Source: Octopus sinensis
Taxonomy: Eukaryota
DNA length: 64,000 bases
Assembly (NCBI RefSeq): GCF_006345805.1
Contig: NC_043015.1
Coordinates: 15,252,001 to 15,316,000 of the forward strand
Direction: 5' to 3'
Both the position numbers and the translations under genes were made by a program. Below, in pieces: positions 26,095 to 40,188 of the stretch. Each line of letters opens with the position of its first letter. Position 1 is the stretch's first letter. The notes below the pieces were generated by a model. The model worked only from the letters and a program-made list of their open reading frames with translations. It was not told the origin of the DNA and did no database searches.

Positions 26095-27965
26095 ATCATC
26101 ATAATCTTCAATATTTAATGCCTGTTTTCCATGTTGGAATGGATTGGACGGCTTAACAGAAACTGGCAAGGCTAGAGGTCGAACCGGGTTCCATAGTCTG
26201 TTTTGGCTTGGTTTCTCTGACTGGATGCCCTTCCTAACGCCAGCCACTTCACGGAGTGTACTGAGTGTTGGTAGAAACTCCATACGTTGTACCCAGTGCA
26301 AGCTTTGACATATAACAGGTGTATCTGTATCACAGGGAGGTTAGCGGAGAAAATAGTATTTGTGTGTGATAAATGTGCGGGTACAATAAGCACAAAACAT
26401 GCACAGACAATAGACTCCCTCAAATGCTGGGGGGATCATTAGAAGTAGTAGATAGCTTCTATTACCTAGGTGACCAAATTAACAGTGAAGGAGGAAGTTC
26501 TGAAAGTGTAGTTGCTAAAATAAGAACGGGCTGGATAAAGTTAAGTAACTAAGGGCCTCTCTCTCAGAGTGAAAGGCAAATTGTATGATGCCTGTGTACG
26601 TACAGCAAATGTTACATGGCAGTGAAACATGGGCTTTCACTACAGAGGACTTGCGAAGGCTTGAAAGAAATGAAGCTAGCACGCTCTACTGAATGGGTAG
26701 TGTCTGAACATATGGCAGAGTGTAAATGGTTTAAGAGGAGAACTGGGTATAAGAGGCATCAAATGTTGTGTGTAGGAGAGAAGACATTGCTGGTTTGCTC
26801 ATGTGATGTGTATAGATGAGGACAACTGAGTAAAGAAGTATCAAGCTCTAATTGTAGAGGGAACCTATGGAAGGGGCAGACCTAGGAAGACGTGGGACGA
26901 AGTGGTGGAAAAAGGGTCTTCAGACACTGGGTCTCACTGATGGACTGGGACTGGGAGTTGTCACAATTTGCTGTACTAGAGAAGATGTATCAAGCTAAGT
27001 AAAATTGAAGTCCTTCAGATATACAGGTTTGTCCTTTACAGGTGCCGGTGCCACGTAAAATGCACTCGTACCGGTGCTGTGCAATCGCACCCGTGTCGGT
27101 GACATGTAAAAAGCAACCAGCACACTCTATAAAATGGTTGGCATTAGGAAGGGCAGCAAACTGTAGAAACCATGCCACAACAGACAATTTGGAGTCTGGA
27201 CAGGACCCCAGCTGGCCAGCTCCTGTCAAACTCCAACCCATGCCAGCATGGGAAACGGACGTTAAACGATGATGATGATGATGATGATATAAGTATAAAT
27301 GTGTGTGTGTGTGTGTCATCAGCATATCATCATCATCATTTAACGTCCGTTTTCCATGCTGGGATGGGTTGGACGGTTTGACTGAAAACTGTTAAGCTGT
27401 ATCAGGTTTTAACCTGATTTGGCATGGTTTTAATAGCGTTGTGCCCTTCTTAAAGCCAACCATTCCAAGAGTGTAGTGGGTGCTTTTTATATACCACTGG
27501 CACGGGTGCCTGTTACGAAACACCGGCATCGGCCACGACTACAATTTCACTTAACTTGACAGGTCTTCTCAAGCAAGGTATATTGACAAAGGTCTCGGTC
27601 ATTTGTCACTGTCTCCGTGTGGTCCAAAGTTCGAAGAATGCTTTTTACGTGCCACCATCATGGGTGTCACATATGCAACACTGGCATAGGTCATGACTAC
27701 GATTTTACATGGCTTGACGGGTTTTCTCAAGCACAACAAACCACCCAACGTTAGAAGTGTGGTTTTTACGTGCCATCGGCACGAGTACCAGTTACACAAC
27801 ATTAACATCGACCACAACTGCGATTTCACTTGGTTTGATGGGTCTCCTCAAACACAGCATATCGCCAACGGTCTCGGTCACTTGTCATTGCCTCCAGTAG
27901 GCTCAACGATCGAAGATCATGCTTCATCACTTCGTACCATGTCTTCCTGGGTCTACCTCTTCCAC
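26095..27965. mobile_element. Cluster of RTE-like LINE 3' fragments in both orientations
   Basis: Tail GG(C/T)RTTAGGAAGGGCA...CATGGRAAACGGACGTTAAA(GAT)n on - (26095-26270, 27325-) and + (27100-27290); ORF remnant 26270-27000 with CTQCKL, YLGDQ, RGRPRKTW. Confidence 0.75.
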
Positions 27966-27967
27966 AC

Positions 27968-29330
27968 CAGGCTTGCCAAACATATTTTGATGAAAGTACC
28001 AGATTTAGTAAAATAAAAGTAGCAAATTTTGCTCAAAAAGTACCAAAATTTAAATTCGTAATACTTTGTCTATAAATCAACTGAAATCATGATATATATT
28101 GTTTATAATATACAGTGCTTAATTTTAAAGTGACCTACATATATTTAACGTACTTTAAAATTAGAAGGTTATATCGTCAATGGGATGAGGTTCCTCTTTG
28201 TACCAATGTCCTTGTCCTTCTTTTAACTTAGCACAAAGCTCTGCATCGAGTGTATAAGTTGTGCAATTTACATCATGACGAAGACTTCTTGAATGTAGCA
28301 GAGCATTGATGGTTTGGGTTGACTTTAATGTTATTTAGGACTGAAAATATTCTCTCAGCTGCAGCTGAATAATGTGGTAATGATAGGAGCTGAAACATAA
28401 AGCATGATAGGACTGCATAACGAGCTTCATCTCCACATTTTTCCTTAGAAATTTTATACCAATAATCTTCTTGTTTGGTAGCTTCAGTTATGTCATTGTT
28501 ATCTTGAAGTTTAAGTGCTCTCCATTCTTTATTAAGAGCTTCAATCTGACTCTCCTGAACAATATTTGGAAATTTGCATGTGAGAGGAACACTTGAACTT
28601 GGACCATTGCAATCTAGGTCTAGTGCTTCTATAAGCTTCAGCTTATGGAAGAAATCATGTGCAAAGAAGTGCTGAAAAAGTTCTTTCCCAAGGTTCACAT
28701 AAAAATCTAATGTTTTCACAGGAAACTGTGTCAATTCAGTTGTACTAATAAATGACGCTTCCAACTTTTGCTCCTCTGTAAATTTCAGTTATGGGAAGAT
28801 ACACTGATGGATCATTCGTGTTAATTTCATGTAGCTCTTTTCTTTTTTACAAGTTCTTTTTTAACAAAATTGCCAAGTATTCCCTTAACGGTACATGTAA
28901 CAGATTTGTACAGTTTGTGCATTCTATAGCTTTCTGATTGGAAATCTAAGTTCAACTTAATAATATCTGGCAAAATATATACTAAAAATACATAATACAT
29001 CACTATGATTAGATTTGTTAATGAATTCAGCACATTTGAAGCAGTACTGTTGTTATCTTCAATAGCAGCAGTATTAAAGAATAACACTAGAGCAGGCCAC
29101 TGTTTTAGTATTCTTTTGACAACTTGTTCTACAAATAGCCACCTTATACAACTTACATGTAATAAGTTACGAGGATTTGCTTGAGTCAATGCCTGAAATT
29201 CTTCATATTCCTGCAGTCTCTTTGGGCTATTTGAGAGGAATGAATATATGCTTCTAGCAAGTTCTATACATGAAGGTAATTCTGAACATGCCTTTGATGC
29301 CCAGTTATGCAAAGGGCACAACTATGCAGT
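27968..29330 (-). mobile_element. hAT-superfamily transposon 3' part (transposase remnant)
   Basis: SIYSFLSNSPKR, C.RWL, dimerisation motif LSLPHYSAAAERIFS.LN.IK; terminus CAGGCTTGCCAA at 27968; frameshifted; 5' part missing. Confidence 0.85.
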
Positions 29331-29334
29331 TATG

Positions 29335-29552
29335 CATAGACACACACATAGACATATATGTACATATAGGTATATATATGTATATATATATATATATATA
29401 TATACCCATAACAGGCTTCCTTTATTTTCCCTCTACTAAATCCACTCACAAAGCTTGGTCGGCCTGAGACTATAAAATACCATGCAGTGGAACTGAACCC
29501 AGAACCATGTGGTTGGGAAGCAAGCCTTACCACACAGCCACGCCTGTGCTTA
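29335..29552 (-). mobile_element. SINE family B, partial
   Basis: Homology to 13981-14329. Confidence 0.75.
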
Positions 29553-29573
29553 TACATATACATTATATATATA

Positions 29574-29616
<43 letters not shown>

Positions 29617-30134
29617 AAGTATGCAGGTAATGAGTGTGACAATGTATATGAGAATGCAATGTATAGATTAAAAGAGACATTTTCTCTAGACATTCATAGC
29701 TTTTCTGGCATCTCATAAATCAACAAAAAAAAAAACAACAAATAAAATTCTATATAACTCTTTATTAAGATCACAAAAAATATTTTGGATTTATCTTCAA
29801 CTTCTATTCTCTAAAAAATATTTCAAATATGGATATAACAGTTAGGATACAAGAGATAAGAGAATGAAAATGTATAAGAAGTATAAAAGACGATCATATT
29901 TGACAATGTGGTAAGGCTAACAGCTAGGAAATTTAATACTAACAATATTTAATGATAGTTTATTGTATAAGGTCAAGGGACAAAAAAGATGGTACAATCA
30001 GGACAGAGTGAATAGAATAGAAGGTTGATATTCGAAAGTAATTGAATATCTTAGAAACTCCTTGCTCCCCAAAAAACAAAACAGGTTATCTATTATATGG
30101 TTACAACACGAAGCATCAGAAATAGAGACGTTTT

Positions 30135-30136
30135 AT

Positions 30137-30169
<33 letters not shown>

Positions 30170-30799
30170 AACATACATACATACGTATCATATGTATATA
30201 TATATATATATATAATATACATATATATATATATATATATATAAATATATATATATAAGAAATATTGTTTGTCTCCCCTTCGTATATGTATATAAGGACA
30301 CAGAGAAAAATGTGTCAAAGCCACCAGGAGGCGTTCGATGCTTCCTAGGGCTATACAGCAGTGGTGTACCCCCTACTGTCACGTTCTTGTTAGATTGACA
30401 GTATACAACCATTTTATAAATATATATACATATATGTATGTATGTTATATATATATAATATATATATATATAATATATGTGTTTATATATATATATATAT
30501 ATGCAGATATAATACGTATATACATATGTATATTTACATACAAAAGTACATCATAAATATATATATATATGATACATATAATTATATGATGCATATAAAT
30601 ATAACATATATATGATATATATAAATAATATATTTATAAAACATATAGGTATATACATATATATAAACATATAAAACATATATATAGATACATATATATA
30701 TATATACATACATACATATAAAATACACACACATATATACATATAAAACACACACACATATATATATGTGTATATATATGTATATATATATACGTATAT

Positions 30800-30842
<43 letters not shown>

Positions 30843-31554
30843 ATACATAAATATATATATATTTATATATACATACATATATAAATATAAATACATGTGT
30901 ATATATATATATATATACACATATATAAAACAGATATATATACACATATATAAAACAGATATATATACATATATATAAAACATATATATATATACATACA
31001 TATAAAACATATATATATACATACATATAAATCATATATATACATACATATAAAACATATATATACATATATATAAAAAATATATATATACATATCTATA
31101 TATATCTATATACATACATATAAAACATATATATACATATATATAAAACATATATATATTACATATAAAACATATATATATACATATATATATACATATA
31201 TATAAAACATATATATATATACATATAAAACATATATATATATATATATATATACATATAAAACATATATATATATATATGAAACATATATATATATCTA
31301 TGAAACATATATATATATATATCTATATATACACACATATATAAATAGATATATATAAAACAAATATATATACATATATATGAAACATGTGTACATATAT
31401 ATATAAAACATGTACACATATATATATACATATAAAAGACATATACATATGTATAAACATACAAAACATATATATATATATATATACATATAAAACACAC
31501 ACACATATATATATACATACGTATATATATGCGTGTAAATATATATATACACAC

Positions 31555-31587
<33 letters not shown>

Positions 31588-31750
31588 CATACATATATAT
31601 ATATATATAAAAATACATATATATATATGTATATACACATATATATATATAAAACATATACATACATATATGTATGTATATATATATATATATATATACA
31701 CATATATATATATATACATACATACATATATATAGATATATAAAACATAT
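30135..31750. repeat. Very long degenerate (TA)n / ATAAAACATAT array
   Basis: Seen directly. Confidence 0.9.
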
Positions 31751-31754
31751 ATCT

Positions 31755-32640
31755 ATAAGTCTGTAAATATGATATGAGACAATTATTCGGTAGCCATGAT
31801 AAAACTCCGAGTTTCGGTTGACGAGGTGGAAATCCATGCCGCCATCTCTTCAGGTGTCCGACCATCAGAAAAATGCTAATGAAAATGACCGTTATACAAA
31901 GGGAAATTCCTGTGATTGACCGTTATTAAGACCTTTTAAATTGTGTAAATCTCGCTTAGACCTTTTAAATTGTGTAATCTCGCTTGTTTCTTATTCTCAA
32001 TGGATTTAAACCAGTCGACGACTGCTATACTATTGGACCATTGTACTAGCCTAGTGGCTGTCCTAATTTTTGAGTTGATTTTTCTTAAAATTTTTTTACG
32101 AATAATGTCAAGTTCTGATTTAGCTGGGTTAATAAGCCTACATTTAGAGTTGGATAGGAAGTTCTTTTTGTGGTCCGTGATAGTAATAAAGGCCTCTTTT
32201 TTGGGGAGGACCTCTATTTTTTAAAATTTAATTTAAGTCTAATGGCGATAACGCTAGCTTCTTTGTTAATTTCGTTATAGGTCTGTGGCCTAGCCTTAGT
32301 GTAATTATTGATGATGCTGTTCTGTAGGAGTTGTGAATATGTGCTGTTTTCTACCAGGTACAATTTCTTGGTTTTGTCGGAAAAAAGTGCCTTTTTTTTT
32401 TGAGCTTTTTATGTAATATATATCTTTTTTCAGTATCTGTTGGAAAGTGTTAAAAGACTTATGAAATTTTATTTTGTTCATAAGCTTCAGTAAGTCCACT
32501 TTGAAGTCTTCCGAGCCTTTGATCTTTGGAAGGAATTTCTTAGATTTTATACCATAGAATATATTTTCTGTGGTGTCCACTTCTGTGTTGTAAAAGAAAG
32601 CTTTCCATCTCATGCGCTTTTATTGTCTTACCATTTTTAT
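31755..32640 (-). mobile_element. Penelope-like element, N-terminal ORF fragment joined to a pLTR-like end
   Basis: RMRWKAFFY, ITDHKKNF..CRLINPAKSEL, QWSNSIAVVDWFKSI motifs, homologous to 14341-14830; hammerhead-like motif at 31799-31860. Confidence 0.8.
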
Positions 32641-32660
32641 CAATAACATATATCTATATC

Positions 32661-32703
<43 letters not shown>

Positions 32704-32729
32704 TATATATAAAACATATATCTATATAT

Positions 32730-32785
32730 TGCCCCAGCATGGCCACAGCTCATAAGCTGAAACTAGAATCAATCAATCAATCAAT
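32730..32785 (+). mobile_element. Isolated LINE/SINE 3' tail
   Basis: GCCCCAGCATGGCCACAGCTCATAAGCTGAAAC + (AATC)n; homologous to 25242-25275. Confidence 0.65.
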
Positions 32786-32791
32786 ATATAT

Positions 32792-33471
32792 ATTGATTCA
32801 ATATAGAAATAAACTTTTTAAAGAAATCCTGTTGACCAGCTTTCCTCGATTTCAGCTCTATGTATTTTCTGTAGCGAGTAAATAATATGTGGAAATTGAC
32901 GATTTAAAAGTCTGTTATCAGCATATTGGCATAGAAATAATTTTCTTTAGCCCTTATTTATAAGTTGTTTATAATTCTAACCGTAAAGGTATATTAATAT
33001 GCTGCCACTTTTTCTGATGAAATTTTTTTCTGTAAAAAAACTCATCCTATATTAGTAGTAGACTTATTACTATTCGCTATAGGGACTGGTAACCACTATA
33101 AGCTGTAGTGGGGAACAGTTCACACGTGTGCTGAGGCTGACCAAAGGATTTTATATTTAGATATATCTGGGGTACTTTTATGTACTCATGATTTTTGCTT
33201 CGGCTTTTTCCATGGGCGTATGTAAATATTTCATTTATTTCTTTTTGTATTTTCTACTGAGGAGGAAAAAAATCTATTATGAGATTAATTCCAAAATTGA
33301 TTCAATATAGAAATAACGAACTTTAAAAAAAAATCCTGTTGACCAGCTTTCCTCGATTTCAGCTCTACGTATTTTCTGTAGTGAGTAAATAATGTGGAAA
33401 TTGATGATTTAAAAGTCTGTTATCAGCATATTGGCATAGAAATAATTTTCTTTAGCCCTTATTTATAAGTT
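32792..33471 (+). repeat. Partial tandem repeat, period 504 bp (175-bp direct repeats 32792-32966 and 33296-33471)
   Basis: Near-identical direct repeats; hammerhead-like motif at the unit junction. Confidence 0.85.
33251..33313 (+). ncRNA. Type I hammerhead ribozyme-like motif (core G12 changed to A)
   Basis: TTTCTA-CTGAGGA-GGAA..AATCT/AGATT..TTCC-AAA-ATTGA-T-TCAAT-A-TAGAAA: stems I, II and III all pair. Confidence 0.65.
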
Positions 33472-33647
33472 ATATATATATATATATATATATAAAACAT
33501 ATATATACATAAAACGTATATATATATATATATATATACATACATTTGTATAAAACACACACATATATATATATATATGTGTGTTTGTATATGTGCATGT
33601 GTGTGTGTGTGTGTGTGTGTATGTGTGTGTGCATACGCATGTGTGTG

Positions 33648-33689
<42 letters not shown>

Positions 33690-34972
33690 TCAGAACTTAC
33701 TGTAGAGTACCTTAAATGTATACTAACTTTTGTGGTAACTTTTCCTTTTGTCTTTGTTCTGTCTACAATCTCAATGAAATAACACTGGAAGTTGAATGTA
33801 TCCTTCGAAGATGAACTTCTCTCAGTCACAATGATTATACAGCATATTTAAATTGCAACGTTTGAATTTTGTTAATGTACCCAATATTTTATATTAAATA
33901 AATGCAGGGTAAAAAAATCAAAAACAAAATGACATTTCTTGAAACCATTTAGGTTAAATATATAAATAATATATATATAGTGTATATAATAGAAAATAAA
34001 TAAAATGAATGTAAATTAATTTAGGTTGTTTTGTTTACCTTTTGCTCTACTTTAAGCTGGAAATATTTATCACAGATACATACGTATATAGATTGATTAT
34101 TTTTTTGTAAATAACAAACATTGATGGCACTGTATTGTGAATAACATGATTGAAGAAAGATATCAAATGTTAAGATATCTAAAGATATGAATAACAGCAG
34201 AGATATGATATATCATTAATATATTGAATATGTAGGACATAACTGACAATCAGGCCGTAAGTAATGGAATCTTTTGTTAGGATGTAGAGGCAGTTCTGTG
34301 TTTATTTTTTCTATCTTGAATTTGTGTTTATTAAGTGTCTAATTTATTTAAATGCTTATATTTATAATTTGTTAGAAGAAATTTCTTTCATTAGCTGGGC
34401 AGCTGAAGTGGTTGGTTTCCATTACCTTAACAGCCCTGCCCACAATCAAAAATAAATAGTCAAAATGAAGATGTGTTTTGCAAAGTAATAACTTTGTTAA
34501 TTAATTAATTTAGTTGCCAGTAAATATAAACACCAGATAATTTTAGTATCAGTTGTTTTCAGTAAAAGAGAAAACATAATTAAAAAATATGTATCATCAT
34601 CATCATTAATTAATTCATCACAGGTATTCCCCTCATTATTAACAGGTGTTATACAAATTTAGAAGCAAAAACAAAAAATCTGTGATACTGATTTTTTTAA
34701 AAATATGCCAGAAAATATGAAGTTTAGGACGGATTTGTCTAAAAAAATAAAGAAGGGTACGTAACAGCTAATGAGTGACATATGGAAGATGGGTATATAT
34801 CAATGCTCTTGGTTTCCTGGTACTGTACAATGTTACCCAATACATTATCACAGAATATTATCTTCTGTGCCATTCTGCTGACACTAACATTTATAGTTCA
34901 CTGTGGAATAAATAATGCATTATGAAGACAGCAAAGATCATGGTTAATTTAGTTCTTCAGACCAAAAAATTG

Positions 34973-35180
34973 TTATTATTATTATTATCATTATTATTTT
35001 AAAGAAACTTTCAGCTTATTTTGCTGGGTATGATGGAAAGTGTCAGCTGTCCACTGCCAGCAGATTAAGGTGACACTTGTTTACTGGTCATGCTTCAAAA
35101 ACCCTGCAAAGAATTCTTGCAGTACCAAGCAATGCTGATTTTTGTAGGTGTTCTATCTTCACATTTGCACCAGTCTTTTT
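34973..35180 (-). mobile_element. R4/Dong-like LINE 3' end
   Basis: C-terminus KIEHLQKSALLGTARILCRVFEA-stop, short UTR, (TAA)n tail. Confidence 0.65.
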
Positions 35181-35629
35181 GAGTTACGTGTGTAGTTGAG
35201 TGCTGATACTTCCAAGTGCATCAATTACTATTGGTACCATGACTATTGGTCTCATGACCACAACCTTCATTATTATTATTATTAATATTATTATGTTTAT
35301 AAGAATGAGCATTAAAACGAAAAAAAAGGGCAATTTTCTATCAAAGATTGCCACAATGATCAATAACAGTTTTCACTATTGGTAGAGGCAGGGTAGTTTC
35401 TTTTCTATTTTCAAATATTATGGCTATTTAGCCTTCCTACTATTAATTTCCTAACAGAATTTATCATTCATACAAATTGAGGCAACATAGGCTAATAACT
35501 TGGACAGGACAATTAGATCAAGAGGTCATGTTCAGGTGGTTCATTGACTATTTTAATACCAAAGAATTATTACTCAAATAGAGTTGACTAAGACAAAAGG
35601 AAAACTCCTCAAAGACAACAATAGCCATC

Positions 35630-35970
35630 TCTTATCTTTTATTTTTTACTTGTTTCAGTTATTTGACTGTGGCTTGAGTTTTCATTGAACAAATCGACCC
35701 AGGACTTATTTTTTAGGCCTGTACTTATTCTATCAGTCTCTTTTGCTGAACTGCAAAATTATGGGGGACATAAACACACAAACACCAGTTAAGAAGCGGT
35801 GGTGGAGGACAGACATAGACACAAAGATACAGGCTTTCCAAATCCACTCACAAGGTTCTGGTTGGCCTGAGGCTATAGCAGAAGACACCCAATATACCAT
35901 ACAGTGGGATTGAACCCAGAACCATATGCTGGGAAGCAAGCTTCTTACACACACCATGCCTGCGCCATAG
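35630..35970 (-). mobile_element. SINE family B
   Basis: Homology to 13981-14329. Confidence 0.85.
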
Positions 35971-37023
35971 TAGTAGTATTTTCAGTCAAAATTTAAGGTA
36001 AGTAAACAAATGCTTGATCTGCTACAAATAGTAACTAAATTTCTCTCAAATCTCATCACATTATCTTATAAAAAAAAGAAGAAACTATACAGTAGTCCTT
36101 GTTACCCCTAAAAAGACAGAATGGTTAATTGCTGGGATACATTTGATCATAAATCTGATGAATCAAAGCTAATCTAGGGTTAAACAACAACAACAACAAC
36201 AGCAACAACAACAACAACTGTTGAAAAGCTAAATGAGTAAAATGCCAGTCCATGCGGAGAGAAATTCTTACAATGTAAATGGTAACTAAAATATTACATC
36301 ATTGAGTCTAAGACAAAAATGTTTTCCCAGAAGTTCTGTGATATTAACTACAATAAAAACAAAACAATAAAAGTTCACTTATAATCAGTCACATATTTTA
36401 AAGTTTAAAATAACAACAAAAAAAAAAATCTATCATAAAACCTACTTTTTGTTTTTAACATTATTGTTAGTGCAAGTTATTGTACGAAAGGAAATATAGT
36501 GTAATAAAAGAGAGAAAAATGCTAATAATGCATATCAATGATAACAATGATGAATATAAGAATGAGTGATGATGATGATGGTGGTGACAAGATAGTCCTT
36601 AATCATTTTACTGTGAAGTTACATTAACCAACAACATCTATAAAAATGGAGGGAACCACTATGTGGTCAGTTGATTTGTTAAGAAGGAAAAAAAGATAAA
36701 ATTCCTTCAGATCACTTCTTATTGTCTTTAAAAAAGGATGGACATTGGATAATGTAGTATTAGTATATAAAAAAATGATGGATTCACTAAGGCTGGAATG
36801 TCTCTGATCATAGGCCTGCTCAATGAGAGCTAACCTGGGGCTAAACAACAATTAACAATATTAACAATTGATAAACAATATAAATTGATAAAATTAACCA
36901 ACATTATCATCATTATTATAGATGATGTCAAACCAACAATATTTTCAAATATTAATCAATATTTTTACAAAGATGTAGGATTGCAAGATGTTTTGTGTCT
37001 CTTTTTCTCAATATTCTTCTCCA

Positions 37024-37242
37024 TCCTTTTAGCATTCAGTTTATTTTGTCAAATGAGATGCTTATTTATTCATATTGTTTTGAATTAATTATGCATTATA
37101 TTGTAGCTTTGAAATTATGATGATTGATTGTTTATTTTTAGAATGACATTGTAGAATAGGTGTGAAAGGCCAGATCTCTTTGAACATGAAACAGGTAGGA
37201 TATCTGGATCGTATATGGCCAGTTTAAGTGCTAATGGGTTAA
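37024..37242. mobile_element. piggyBac-like MITE
   Basis: CCTTTTAGCATTCAG...GCTAATGGG-TTAA; three copies in the window. Confidence 0.65.
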
Positions 37243-38749
37243 ATATAAGCGAAGTAACAATAGCTGCACACAGCACTAATAACCATTTATAATAACTAAT
37301 ATTATGTTAATATTAATCAACAATATTAATTGACCTCAATGTTAACTGCAGATATAAACCACCAGCATTAACAAATGTTGTTAACCCTCATTACAAACCC
37401 CAAGTAAAAAATAGATATATGGAATCAACAAACAAACTATGGAGAAAATGTAAAATTTGCATTAGAATTTAGGTACAATATACAGTTGGATTTATAAAGT
37501 GTTTGGGATTAAGTGAATATTTATATGTATATTTATATATCCTGTTTTAACAGGAAAAAAAAGAAGTAACCAAAAATTTATTCTGGAAATTGTCTTACAC
37601 TGCAGCTATAAACCAATTCTTATGATAGACTAATGTAAGAGCTTTAAACTGAATCTTATAACAGATTAATGTATTAGCCATAAGCCAGTCATGGGCAAGC
37701 TGCTGCTTACAGGACTTTCTGAATGATATACCTAATGGGAAAGTACCTTGAATTTGTTTATTAGTGTCGCCTGTTTGATGATGGGCCATGTCTCATACAA
37801 GCCATTTCTCAAAATGCTTTAAATCAATTTGAGAAACTGATAAATTGATAGATATATACAAATTGTCATAATGGACAACGTTATGTTCTGACAATAATAA
37901 ATTCCCTATTTATATTTATGGAATATAGCTGTTTTTAAATTTACATTTTCTCCCATTATATTGATGAAGTACTGAAGTTACCAGTGAAGTACCACATGTG
38001 AATAAATGACTATATATTTGAGTTCAAATCCTACCAGGGATGAAAACAGCTACCAGTAGCAGCTCTATAGAACATATTTCTTTATAAAATAATCTATGCC
38101 CAATTAATATATAATTACATTAATTATATTAATATATAAATACATCAAGTGGGACCAGACTAAAATACCATTATGTTAGCACCGGGTGGCTACAGACAAT
38201 GAAGATGACAGTGATGCTGATGATGATAGAGAAGAGATATTTAAGCCAACTTCAGTTTGAATGGTTCTAGTGGTTGTTGAAACAAATTTACCATACGATA
38301 ATTTAATATACAAAACAGTGGTAAAAATCAGAAAAAATATATACGATTGTTTATAAGACAAAACTTTTGTCCACAAAAACAACAAAAAAAGCACTAAAAA
38401 AAAATCACCTTAGGTCTTACATATGAAGTTGCTATCTTCAAGCTCACATAATTGGAGGGATTTGTGGGAAAATGGAATAATCAATGGAGTTTAAGCTGGT
38501 TAATAAAAGCTACATATTTTATCAATCCCAGAAGAATAAAAGGTATAGATGACCCAGCAGGATTTGAACCCATGTCATAGAAGTAGCTAAATCTAGAAGA
38601 CTCTACTGCTTTTGACAGCTGCCTTAATCATAAACTCATATAACAACAATAACAAACTGATATATATTAGTAGTAACAACTGTATATATATATATATATA
38701 TATATATACATACACATAAAGACCATTTTTGTAGTATGGAAGATATTAA

Positions 38750-38965
38750 ATTCTTTCTGCAAAAGGCACAAGGCCTGAAATTTGGGGGAGGGGATTAGTC
38801 AATTACATCAACCCCAGTACTCAACTGGTACTTATTTCATTGACCCCAAAAGGATGAAAGGCAAAGTTGACCTTGGTAGAATTTAAATTCAGAACATTAA
38901 CACAGAAGAAACGCTGCAAAGCATTTTGTCTGGTTTGCTAACAATTCTGTGAGTTCACCACCTTT
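38750..38965 (-). mobile_element. SINE family A
   Basis: Reverse-strand homology to 455-676. Confidence 0.8.
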
Positions 38966-39548
38966 ATGGGAGATATTAAATTAACCAAGCTATATTATTA
39001 ATACAAAAGTTTAATCCAGAGCACAGAGGGACAATGCTAAATGCTGTATGGCATTTATTTACTCTGGTGCTCCACTGTTTCCAAAAACTTGCTGCCCTTT
39101 ATATCAACATTAACAATAATCCATTTAAAAAAAAATATTTACAAAAAAATTGCAGTTTAAGAGTTAACACATTTTTCTCTAATCCCTGCAACAACATGGA
39201 TTTTGAGGTCCTGAGTAAGTAGGCAATTGTACTCTATGTACAACCACCAAATCAAGATTTCACTAATGTAACACATGAAACACAATATCATCTAGTAACA
39301 TTCAGTATCACAACAGCAATTAGGGTCTGATTTGCTGTCCAAGAAAACAACATGAAAGAATTAAAAGAAAAACAATTTTAAATAAACTTAATAAATTGTT
39401 TGGTGTGTGTGTGTGTGCATTTAAAAAAAAAAAACGGTATATTTGTCTTGTGTTGTGTAAAACGTTGATATTTGTGAGAGCAAGTATTAGCTCAATGCAG
39501 TGCAAAATATATTTATAACTTCGGTAGATGTTCCTGATTAGAAGTTGA

Positions 39549-39693
39549 TTAGAGAATTTGTGGGAGATAAAGTTGATAACTTTCCTTCAAAAAGTTTCGA
39601 GGGTTTGTAACAATTTGTTCAGTGCGCGATAACTTCCTAGGTGGAGGTGGTCGAGGCGGAGGAAGCCGTGGTGAACGTTCAATGTTTTTAAAC
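39549..39693 (-). CDS. TRAPPC14: TRAPPC14-like, last coding exon (KFKNIERSPRLPPPRPPPPRK...LPQIL-stop)
   Basis: AG acceptor 39694-95; phase 2 matches the previous exon; TAA at 39549-51. Confidence 0.8.
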
Positions 39694-40188
39694 CTGAAAC
39701 AGTAACAAAATTCTTCGTGCTGAATATATTTTTAAACATATAAATATTGGCTCATTCTAGATAAGGACTGAATTCTCTTGCAATTGCTTTGAATGCATTG
39801 TTAATGGCAGGTATGAAATATACCTGTAAATAATAACTGGCCAAGTCAATGTCAACAAGAAAGAACTGTTAAAATTTCATCTGTCATTAAAAAAGGTGCC
39901 ACATAAAGTAAGAAAGAAGCAATACAATCTTACAAAACAGTTAACGCTCAAACTCAGAACAAATACTAGAAGGATTTGATATCCTAAAAAACCTCAATAC
40001 AAAGAAGTTGTCGTTGACATGTTATGTCTATTTAGTGTAAAAACAATAAACTAAACTATTTTCCACTTACTACTGAATCAGTAATCAATGCAAAAGTTTT
40101 TAATCAGTAGATTGTTAATCTTATCTTACCAGATAATGGATTAGTTATAAACAGAAAAAAACCAACATTGCTTGAAAGAAATACTTAC

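Noticed and set aside
27540-27900. Recurring ~130-bp units resembling a spaced repeat array
   Set aside because: Degenerate tandem subrepeats of the RTE 3' UTR in eukaryotic DNA; not CRISPR
39054-39059. AATAAA (minus) as TRAPPC14 polyadenylation signal
   Set aside because: Several equally plausible hexamers in AT-rich DNA; cannot be chosen without transcripts
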